Source: Erysipelotrichaceae bacterium
Lineage (GTDB): Bacteria; Bacillota_I; Bacilli_A; RFN20; CAG-826
Reading direction: 5' to 3'
DNA: 64,000 bases
Assembly: GCA_015059065.1 (NCBI GenBank)
Contig: SVBE01000007.1
Coordinates: forward strand, 759 to 64,758
Shown here: positions 7,582 to 14,834 of the stretch, one piece after another
Numbering within the stretch: the first letter of the stretch is position 1
Layout of the letters: every line of letters begins with the position of its first letter
Made by a program: the position numbers and the translations under genes
Notes under the pieces: generated by a model
Seen by the model: only the letters and a program-made list of their open reading frames with translations
The model's database searches: none
Told to the model about the DNA's origin: nothing

Positions 7582-9426
7582 TTATTCTGCAGGTGTTTCT
7601 GGGGCAACATATACATAATGACCTATTTTCTGTGCCCAATCAGCGCTTTCATCATACCAAACATAAAAACCATTTGTTGTGATATCGCTCAAACTAATAT
7701 TGCTCGTTTGAATAGAATATGAATTCTTGCTGCCGTTAAAAATAATATAGTCATATGTGTTAAAATCTACATTGTCTAATTTGTAAACGGCTTGATCAAA
7801 CTCATTATAGTGATCGACCGTCATAGCGATTCCTGGCCACTCTGCGTTCTTAACTTCAGGGTTTGCATCTGCTTTCCAGGCATACAAATTAACATTTGAC
7901 CAGCCATCTGAGTTAGTAAAGTAAACAGTAATTGAACTTGTAATAATAGGACCGCTTACATATAATTTATAACTTTTGTTCACATAGAATGTATGAGTCC
8001 CGCTTTCTAACGCGACATAAGATTTGCTACTACCACAATCTGGGAATTCGAGAATAACGTCATACCCTCTAATAAACGCAATTCTTTCGCCTTTTTCTAA
8101 AGGTATCTCATACTGGGCAATATTGTTGTCGGTATCTTCAACTTCAACAGAATAACTATCTAGATTTATTGATTTACCACCTTTGGTAGCGGATAAATCT
8201 GTTGGATAATCCAGCCACAACGCATAACTTACATAATCATATGTTTTAAACCATAACCCAAGATTTGATCCTCCGTTAACTATGTAACCCGATTCATTAA
8301 TGTTTGCTCCTTCATCTGGAGTAATAGAAGCAGTTGATATTACATTGCCATCATATGAGAAAATCAATTGAGTGTTGGTCTTAGGAGAAATGTTAACGTT
8401 AAAATTCTTTAGATTATTATTACCAAAACCCCAAAATGGTAAAGGAATCGTGTTAGATGAGCTATCATTAGCCGTATACGTTAATGTAAATCCTGTTTCG
8501 ACATCGATTTCACCACTGTTATTAAGATAAAAAACATAATCACGGGTTGTCCATGTTTTTATTTTCGTTGTAGACCCATCATCTTTAAAGAAATATGGAT
8601 TGGTGCTAAGACAGTTAGAATCATAAACGATAAACTTAGATTCGCCTAATGTATTAACATCGTGATTATACACAAGATAGAAATTATCTTCAGAAGTGAG
8701 CGATGTTGTAAAACGAGCTACTTTACCATCTGGTAAAGGGTTAGTGTCATAGTCATCATCTTCACCCAACACTTCTCCTGGCTCACCACCTATTTGTCCT
8801 TTAAGGAAATAACCAGTCTGTTCAGCAGGGAATAAAAACTGTTTTGATTGGTCAACCAATGTTGCCAACATGTCAGTTTTAACGCCATTAAGAGTTAAAT
8901 ACGCGTTTAAAAAATAATCTTTGTAAGTAGTTTTGGGGATATTAAGTATTGTATAAGCCAAGAAATGAGTATAGCCAGACGCCTCTGCTAAACCTTGTTC
9001 TTCGTCGAATGCAGACATATCGTACTCAACGTTGTTGTTGTAAACACTAGTATAAGCTTTTGTGCACTCGATTACTGCTTTTTCTTGTCCGTTTACCACA
9101 AACACATCACCGTCTTCATCATACATTCTTCTAGTCCAAGAAGCGGACGTAGATGTTAAATCAGTTAATTTAACAGCAGCAATAAACCTAAGAGAAATTT
9201 TACCATCTGCTTCTTTTGTTTGAACACCAATTGTCGGAACGCCTGGATACCCTGGATTGATTGCATTCTTACGAACCTTCTTTAATCCGTCTTGGATGTT
9301 GCCAAAAATTTCTTCATGGGCTAATGTGTCTTCGTGGAATAATCCGTTTTCGACTTGTGGTTGGGCTCCTGCGCAAGATCCTAAGAGCATTAAAGCAGGA
9401 ACCAAAGTTAATAATAATTTCTTCAT
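7582..9426 (-). CDS. Large surface lipoprotein, paralogue of 5426-7492, with a C-terminal CBM25/26-like module
   Basis: The signal and lipobox are MKKLLLTLVPALMLLGSC-AG. It shares its N-terminal domain with 5426-7492. The C-terminal ITVYFTNSDGWSNVNLYAWKADANPEVKNAEWPGIAMT...YIIFNG (about 7600-7935) matches the VYF..W..V..Y.W......WPG..M pattern of starch-binding CBM25/26 modules. Confidence 0.85.
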   Translation of the reverse strand: MKKLLLTLVPALMLLGSCAGAQPQVENGLFHEDTLAHEEIFGNIQDGLKKVRKNAINPGYPGVPTIGVQTKEADGKISLRFIAAVKLTDLTSTSASWTRRMYDEDGDVFVVNGQEKAVIECTKAYTSVYNNNVEYDMSAFDEEQGLAEASGYTHFLAYTILNIPKTTYKDYFLNAYLTLNGVKTDMLATLVDQSKQFLFPAEQTGYFLKGQIGGEPGEVLGEDDDYDTNPLPDGKVARFTTSLTSEDNFYLVYNHDVNTLGESKFIVYDSNCLSTNPYFFKDDGSTTKIKTWTTRDYVFYLNNSGEIDVETGFTLTYTANDSSSNTIPLPFWGFGNNNLKNFNVNISPKTNTQLIFSYDGNVISTASITPDEGANINESGYIVNGGSNLGLWFKTYDYVSYALWLDYPTDLSATKGGKSINLDSYSVEVEDTDNNIAQYEIPLEKGERIAFIRGYDVILEFPDCGSSKSYVALESGTHTFYVNKSYKLYVSGPIITSSITVYFTNSDGWSNVNLYAWKADANPEVKNAEWPGIAMTVDHYNEFDQAVYKLDNVDFNTYDYIIFNGSKNSYSIQTSNISLSDITTNGFYVWYDESADWAQKIGHYVYVAPETPAE

Positions 9427-9440
9427 ATATTTTCTCCTAC

Positions 9441-9587
9441 TTATTCTCCAAATGTCTCACCGTCTTCGTCAGTCCAACCGGCGTTACCTTGAGCTTCAGC
9501 TAAACCTGACCCCGTTATAATGTCATCGTTTTTAAAATCGAATATTTCTAATTCTGGTTTTAAAAACTTCTTTTTCTTTTCCTCCAT
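9441..9587 (-). CDS. Unannotated 48-aa peptide, paralogue of 5275-5412
   Basis: The sequence is MEEKKKKFLKPELEIFDFKNDDIITGSGLAEAQGNAGWTDEDGETFGE*. The ORF track lists it as a 64-aa ORF (to 9635), but the extra 16 codons overlap the upstream gene. GGAGG (9604-9600) precedes the ATG at 9587. The stop lies 14 nt before the lipoprotein ATG, and AGGAG sits between them. Confidence 0.75.
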   Translation of the reverse strand: MEEKKKKFLKPELEIFDFKNDDIITGSGLAEAQGNAGWTDEDGETFGE

Positions 9588-9613
9588 GATTAAGATTTTC
9601 CTCCATGTTAATC
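9588..9613 (-). promoter_or_regulatory. 6-bp stem (GATTAA/TTAATC) enclosing the SD, abutting the ATG of the 48-aa peptide gene
   Basis: In minus-strand sense the sequence is GATTAA-catggaggaaaatc-TTAATC-ATG, with a 14-nt loop containing GGAGG. The left arm includes the TAA stop of 9608-10186. It is the structural counterpart of 5248-5274. Confidence 0.4.
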
Positions 9614-10186
9614 TGGCCATCGGATTGAGCCCCATCCACTGTCGCTATCTTTCTCAACAGCGTAATATGTTGCTGTTACCGTTAGGTCTGAGGTTACCGA
9701 TGAACAATCCTTATCCCATCCTTTAAATGTATAAGAGACAGTATCAGTTCCCTCTCTTGTAGGTGTGTCGCCTACATATATTGCATTACCGCCTTCACCA
9801 ACATCCGTTTCATATAACGTAGTTCCATCATAGTTTTGGAAAGTTACATGATATGCTACTGGTGTTGACTCACTCGAATCCTCTGTGTAGGAACTATATG
9901 TTCGCTCGGGGTCTGAAGAACTGATTTCTTCGACTGAGGATTCCTCTTCCTCACTTGAAGAGATAGGTTCATCGGAAGAATATTCAATTTCACTAGAACT
10001 TGACGTTTCTATGCTGAATTCTTCCCCTTCATCAGAGCTTATAGTCTCTATCGATGATTGAGTGGACATATTCGTTGTCGTGTTACTGGTAGTAGATAAT
10101 TCACTAGAAGTAGTATTACCACTACCACAGGATGCTAAAGAAAATATTGCGAACAAAACAAAAGTAACGCTTAAAGCTTTTTTCAC
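9608..10186 (-). CDS. Ser/Thr/Glu-rich lipoprotein with one Listeria-Bacteroides (Flg_new / InlB B-repeat-like) domain
   Basis: The start is GTG with GGGGGAAA upstream. The lipobox is FSLASC-GSG. A ~90-aa S/T/E low-complexity linker follows. The C-terminal YHVTFQNYDGTTLYETDVGEGGNAIYVGDTPTREGTDTVSYTFKGWDKD...TVTATY is typical of the Flg_new repeat. Confidence 0.8.
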   Translation of the reverse strand: MKKALSVTFVLFAIFSLASCGSGNTTSSELSTTSNTTTNMSTQSSIETISSDEGEEFSIETSSSSEIEYSSDEPISSSEEEESSVEEISSSDPERTYSSYTEDSSESTPVAYHVTFQNYDGTTLYETDVGEGGNAIYVGDTPTREGTDTVSYTFKGWDKDCSSVTSDLTVTATYYAVEKDSDSGWGSIRWPD

Positions 10187-10315
10187 TTCTTTCCCCCAAT
10201 CCTGTTTCTTATCATGACACGAATATGCATGTGCGTTGCACTATTAATATATATTATATTATTACAAATCTAGGAAAAATAGGAAAAAATAATAAATGTA
10301 GTATAAATAATCAAT

Positions 10316-11734
10316 CTACTCTTTGTTTTTGCCAAGTAAATAAGCGTATGCTAATGCAGGTATACGATATAATTTAGTACCATTTCTATCAAATAGACCA
10401 AAATCATCAACTTCTTTGCTAACTACATATCCTGGCACATCTTTCATGCCATAGACGATAATACCGTCACTATCCTTGATATGAGCCTTGTGTCGATATT
10501 TAGCCTCAACATACTGGATATCTCTACCATTTTCCTGGATAATAATATCAATCTCTTGCCCTTTGTCATTCCTAATATAACCGACATTATATAATTCGTT
10601 ATCAACCGATAAGAAATAATCTCTCGTGTGTTTTAATGATACGGTTTCAATAGCCATACCAAGTTCATTATCATCGGTAACGATATCGTTAATGCGTGTT
10701 ACTGCACATCTAACACCATAATCAGATATGTATATTTTTCTTTTTGGTTTCAACGCTTTTTTGCCACTAGCGTCAAGCTGATCAGAGATATAGATGAGAT
10801 TAGCTTTTTCTAAAGCATCGATATAAAGGTTGCATGTGCTTCGATCAATACCAATGCTACTAGAAATAGTCTCAATCTTTATAATGTCGCCACTATGATA
10901 ACAGAAATAGGCGTAGAGATTAGCCAAAGCATCAACATCTCTAATAGGATGGGAACTAGGAATATCCTGTCGAATAGCTTTGCTCACCACTTGATCACGG
11001 ATAAGACGAGAAACATAATTATAGTCCTCGCTCAAAGCATATTCTGGAAATCCGCCTAAACGAAGATAGCGATAAAACTCACTATTAAGAGTGGCTATAT
11101 TGTTATAAATCATCGTTTGTTCATCAAGAGGCAAAGCATGAAGTTTGAATACATCAACATTAGGAAGATTTAAATGTTTGCCATTAATTTCACAAAATTC
11201 ATAGAAAGAAAAAGTCGGTATTTTGATCGTCAAAAATCTGGCAGCCCCAGATTCACCGCTATCTCTTTCAATTTCTACAGAAGAAGAGCCACTAATCATT
11301 ACTAAGCATTTCTTATTGAGGTCATATATCTCTTTGACATAACTTTTCCAAGTCTTATCTTTTTGAGCCTCATCAATGAATAGATAATAATCTTGATCTG
11401 GATAGACAAACTTTTGATACACCCTCACCACTTCTTTGATGGTTACATTATCGTTTGGAAAATCATCAAGGGTGTAAAACAATATTCTCGATGGCTTAAC
11501 TCCTTCGCTTAATAATTCATCAATTATTTGAAACATAATAGTTGATTTACCAACACGTCTAGGACCAGAAAGAACAGGGAAGCGTCTAATCTTATTAAAG
11601 AAAACATACTTCACTCTTTTATATTCATTACGCTTAAAAGATGGAGCTAGTTCTGTATCAACTTTGCCAGTAATCCACCACCTATTTTGCTCCTGAATAT
11701 TTCTTAATATTAATTGTTCTTCATTCATCACCAT
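10316..11734 (-). CDS. AAA ATPase, AAA_14 + DUF4143 type (orphan)
   Basis: 472 aa. It has Walker A GPRRVGKST and Walker B YLFIDEAQ. The C-terminal region has the DUF4143-like layout. It is monocistronic. Confidence 0.8.
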   Translation of the reverse strand: MVMNEEQLILRNIQEQNRWWITGKVDTELAPSFKRNEYKRVKYVFFNKIRRFPVLSGPRRVGKSTIMFQIIDELLSEGVKPSRILFYTLDDFPNDNVTIKEVVRVYQKFVYPDQDYYLFIDEAQKDKTWKSYVKEIYDLNKKCLVMISGSSSVEIERDSGESGAARFLTIKIPTFSFYEFCEINGKHLNLPNVDVFKLHALPLDEQTMIYNNIATLNSEFYRYLRLGGFPEYALSEDYNYVSRLIRDQVVSKAIRQDIPSSHPIRDVDALANLYAYFCYHSGDIIKIETISSSIGIDRSTCNLYIDALEKANLIYISDQLDASGKKALKPKRKIYISDYGVRCAVTRINDIVTDDNELGMAIETVSLKHTRDYFLSVDNELYNVGYIRNDKGQEIDIIIQENGRDIQYVEAKYRHKAHIKDSDGIIVYGMKDVPGYVVSKEVDDFGLFDRNGTKLYRIPALAYAYLLGKNKE

Positions 11735-11785
11735 TGGATCCCGCCTCTAGCACTTTAATTGTAATTTAATAGAGAAAGAAATCAA

Positions 11786-11847
11786 GGAAAATGTAGATTA
11801 TATTCAGCATTTTATATATGGAAAATGTAGATTACATTCCACATTTT
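11786..11847. repeat. Two 28-bp direct repeats (25/28 identical, 34-bp period), each with an internal AAAATGT...(A/G)CATTTT inverted repeat
   Basis: The repeats are GGAAAATGTAGATTATATTCAGCATTTT (11786-11813) and GGAAAATGTAGATTACATTCCACATTTT (11820-11847). They sit between the stop of 11848-12396 and the start of the DUF4143 ATPase gene. Confidence 0.6.
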
Positions 11848-12396
11848 CTAATAATGATATCTTTCTCTTTGCTTTTTGATGACATCTGTATGGATAATCG
11901 CAGATGACACTAATCCGACAAATACACCAGTGATGATCGCAGATAAACCAATCACAGGAAGATATAAAACAACATATGATGTTCCTAAATATATCATCGC
12001 TACTAATATTTGACCGATGACATGGGCTAATGCACCTAATACAGATACGCCTATAATAGAAAACTTCCTAATTAATAAATAAAAGATAATCATTACTAAT
12101 AAGGATAAGAACGCACCTGATAGAGACATTAAAAAGCCATATGACATAAATGTCCCTCTCACTAGTCCCACTACTACGACACGGATAAGATTAACGATAA
12201 TCGCATCTAATATCCCTAGTTCATATAGAGTCACTAGTATCACAATATTCGCGAGGCCTAATTTGATACCAGGAATGCCGATAGAAGGGATGAATGATTC
12301 TAATATGGCTATCACTACTGCTCCCGCGGTTAAAACGCCTAATAAGGCAATCTTATGAACGTTAAAAGTTGATGACTTCTTATTTTCTTCCATCAT
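11848..12396 (-). CDS. Gx transporter family membrane protein (heptaprenyl-diphosphate-synthase-component-I-like, PF07456)
   Basis: 182 aa with 5-6 TM helices. The position downstream of a NusG-II-domain gene and apbE is the usual arrangement for this family in Firmicutes. Confidence 0.65.
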   Translation of the reverse strand: MMEENKKSSTFNVHKIALLGVLTAGAVVIAILESFIPSIGIPGIKLGLANIVILVTLYELGILDAIIVNLIRVVVVGLVRGTFMSYGFLMSLSGAFLSLLVMIIFYLLIRKFSIIGVSVLGALAHVIGQILVAMIYLGTSYVVLYLPVIGLSAIITGVFVGLVSSAIIHTDVIKKQRERYHY

Positions 12397-12770
12397 CCTA
12401 ACTCCACATCATAATTAGACTGTCCTTCTATCACGATATATACCGCGTTATACGCGCATATAATCGGATGATTAGACTCTTTTATATACCCCATCTTTAC
12501 ACAGTCTTGATGAGGGCAGTTTGATTCGATAATCGCGATCGCCCCATCTTTGCTGTGGACATGTACTTCACCTTTAAGACCTTTGATATAAAAGTCCTTC
12601 TCTTCATTACGAGATAAATCAACTTTCTCTACCACATTATTCTGTACTGATATACTGGCAACTAAATTAGTTCTATTCGCATTGACATTGATAATAACTA
12701 AAGAAACAACTGTAATGAGAAGCAAAGAAACAACAAGGATGATATCATTACGTAATTTCTTCTTATCCAT
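12393..12770 (-). CDS. NusG domain II-containing membrane-anchored protein (DUF1312)
   Basis: 125 aa. An N-terminal TM is followed by ...IIESNCPHQDCVKMGYIKESNHPIICAYNAVYIVIEG, which fits the C-P-x-x-x-C...G-W/Y-I...I-x-C-x-P-N pattern of this family. It has 4-nt and 8-nt overlaps with its neighbours. Confidence 0.7.
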   Translation of the reverse strand: MDKKKLRNDIILVVSLLLITVVSLVIINVNANRTNLVASISVQNNVVEKVDLSRNEEKDFYIKGLKGEVHVHSKDGAIAIIESNCPHQDCVKMGYIKESNHPIICAYNAVYIVIEGQSNYDVELG

Positions 12771-13710
12771 GATAAAGTTCTAACCATTCATTGCAGTAGA
12801 TGACTTGTCTATTACGTACCACGACAGTTTTTACATTCTGTTTCTTTTCTATTTCTTTGATTTCATCCACTGTATTCATCATCATCGATGTGGATAATGC
12901 GTCTCCAATATAGCCTAAAGAAGATACCACTATTACTGCGTCATTAATATTGATCGCTGATCCATCAAGAGGATTGATGATATGGGAATAAGTAATATCC
13001 CCAATCTTCACCCCTTGGACGGATTTAGATGAGGTGGTGATAAAACAATTTTGTAATTTGATATAGGCATTATCTAAATCAGATATCTTTACTGTAAAAT
13101 ATCCATCACTAGTATCTTTCTTACCTAATAAGATAGAAGAGAATCCGGCATTGATTAAATATTTCTCAATATGTTTATTAGATAGATATTCTTTTATCTT
13201 ATCTAAGGAATAGCCTTTCACTATTCCTCCTAAATCAATCTCCGCTTCTCCTTTTTTAGAGATGATATAATCATCATCAAATATTAATGAAGAATTATTA
13301 ATCTTCTCTAATTCACTATTAATCACATCAGTTGATAATAATTCATTCTTTCCTAATGCTTCTTTCCATTTCTTCGAAAGAGAGCCACATAAAGGATTAA
13401 AATATGTCGCGCCTAAGTTAGAGACATCCACTGATGTTTTTAATAAATCATATAACTCTTGTTCTACTTTAATAGGAGAAGTAGATATATTCCTAATAGT
13501 GATTCCTTCTCTAACGTTATAGTTATCAGACACCCTATCGTAATAAAGTAAGATATCTCTAATATCATCTAAATTAGATTGATCCCCTTCATATAACTGA
13601 GATATCACTGTCGTATCAAAACAAAAAATCCTGTTCTCAATAGGGACTCTATTAACGGAACAAGATGTTAAGGTTGTAATTAATAATATTGGGAATAATT
13701 TCTTGCTCAT
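12763..13710 (-). CDS. apbE: FAD:protein FMN transferase (ApbE family) lipoprotein
   Basis: 315 aa with lipobox LTSC-SV. It has the ApbE-like layout (FDT.V......, IDLGGIVKGYSLDK, GDALSTS). It lies next to its expected substrates RnfG and RnfD. Confidence 0.85.
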   Translation of the reverse strand: MSKKLFPILLITTLTSCSVNRVPIENRIFCFDTTVISQLYEGDQSNLDDIRDILLYYDRVSDNYNVREGITIRNISTSPIKVEQELYDLLKTSVDVSNLGATYFNPLCGSLSKKWKEALGKNELLSTDVINSELEKINNSSLIFDDDYIISKKGEAEIDLGGIVKGYSLDKIKEYLSNKHIEKYLINAGFSSILLGKKDTSDGYFTVKISDLDNAYIKLQNCFITTSSKSVQGVKIGDITYSHIINPLDGSAININDAVIVVSSLGYIGDALSTSMMMNTVDEIKEIEKKQNVKTVVVRNRQVIYCNEWLELYHG

Positions 13711-13711
13711 A

Positions 13712-14029
13712 TTATAGATGGGCTTTTATTTTACTACCATCCTCGTTTGGATGAGAATCAAGATATTCTAAAATCGGTTTAAAGTTATTATCTTCTTTGC
13801 CAGGTTTACATTTTCTTAAATTAGTTTCTTCACCTTTAATGATCGCTTCTGCCATATCATGACAACCCGCATAGCCACATGAACCGCAGTTATAATTAGG
13901 AAGTCTTTTTGCCACTTCTTCAATTCTTTCATCTTCTTTTACATGTAATACCTTCGCGGCAATCGCGAGTCCTAAACCTAAAAGAAGTCCTAAACCTAAT
14001 AAGATAAGTATCGCCCATAATATTTCCAT
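13712..14029 (-). CDS. rnfB: Rnf complex subunit B, minimal form (N-terminal TM + single Cys-cluster domain only)
   Basis: 105 aa. The N-terminal TM MEILWAILILLGLGLLLGLGLAIAA is followed by NCGSCGYAGCHDMAEAI...C, the RnfB N-terminal Fe-S motif. No ferredoxin-type CxxCxxCxxxCP domains follow. Confidence 0.7.
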   Translation of the reverse strand: MEILWAILILLGLGLLLGLGLAIAAKVLHVKEDERIEEVAKRLPNYNCGSCGYAGCHDMAEAIIKGEETNLRKCKPGKEDNNFKPILEYLDSHPNEDGSKIKAHL

Positions 14030-14031
14030 AA

Positions 14032-14226
14032 TTATTCACTCTCCTTATCTCGATTAAATTGACAGGTATGATTGCTGCATGATGCACATTTTTCTTCACT
14101 AGCGACAATATCTTCACATCCTTTAGGAACAGGTGTTCTACGATATATCACAAAAGAAACCATAAAGATGATAAGTAATCCGACAAGAATAGATATCGCA
14201 ATAATTAAATAACCGGTCTGACTCAT
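14032..14226 (-). CDS. Small single-pass Cys-rich membrane protein inserted between rnfA and rnfB
   Basis: 64 aa. It has one TM, then RR (positive-inside), then C-x10-C-x2-C-x4-C (CEDIVASEEKCASCSNHTC). Gaps to both neighbours are 2 nt, so it is probably co-translated with the operon. Confidence 0.5.
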   Translation of the reverse strand: MSQTGYLIIAISILVGLLIIFMVSFVIYRRTPVPKGCEDIVASEEKCASCSNHTCQFNRDKESE

Positions 14227-14228
14227 AA

Positions 14229-14834
14229 TTATTTAATCACTCCCGTAAATAATCCTTGTAAGCCCATCATGGCAATCGCCATAATCGCGGCAGTAATAAG
14301 TGCAATTGGTAAACCTTTAAAGGCTTTAGGAGTATTCGCACTTTCTAGTCTCACTCTAATACAAGAGAAAGTGACGATGATAAGAAGGAAGCCAATTGAT
14401 GTCCCTAAGCCGTTTGCAATGGCTTGAAGGAAATCAAGTCCTTGATCTGTATTACCTTGAGCAACACCTAAAACCGCACAGTTAGTAGTGATAAGCGGTA
14501 AATAAATACCTAAAGACTTATATAAAGAAGGAGAATATTTCTTAATGAAAAGACCCACTAATTGGACTAAAGAAGCAATCACTAAGATATAAGCCACTGT
14601 ATCTAAGAATGGAATACCAGCAGGAACAAGAATGAAATGATATAAAGGCCAACAGATTAAAGTCGCTAAAAGAATAACAAAGACAACGGCAATACCCATG
14701 CCTAAAGAAGACTTCACCTTCTTAGAAACACCTAAGAATGGACAGATGCCGTAGAAACGCGAAAGGACAACGTTATCAATTAACATTGAAGAAACAATCG
14801 CAAGAAGGAAAGAAACAATGCCTTGCATCACCAT
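14229..14834 (-). CDS. rnfA: Rnf electron transport complex subunit A
   Basis: 201 aa and polytopic. It carries the NVVLSRFYGICPFLGVSKK and TNCAVLG motifs typical of RnfA/NqrE. Confidence 0.9.
   Translation of the reverse strand: MVMQGIVSFLLAIVSSMLIDNVVLSRFYGICPFLGVSKKVKSSLGMGIAVVFVILLATLICWPLYHFILVPAGIPFLDTVAYILVIASLVQLVGLFIKKYSPSLYKSLGIYLPLITTNCAVLGVAQGNTDQGLDFLQAIANGLGTSIGFLLIIVTFSCIRVRLESANTPKAFKGLPIALITAAIMAIAMMGLQGLFTGVIK

Noticed and set aside
13929-14117. A 62-aa ORF overlapping the rnfB start and the small Cys-rich gene in another frame.
   Set aside because: It overlaps two better-supported, tightly spaced operon genes. It has no independent signals.
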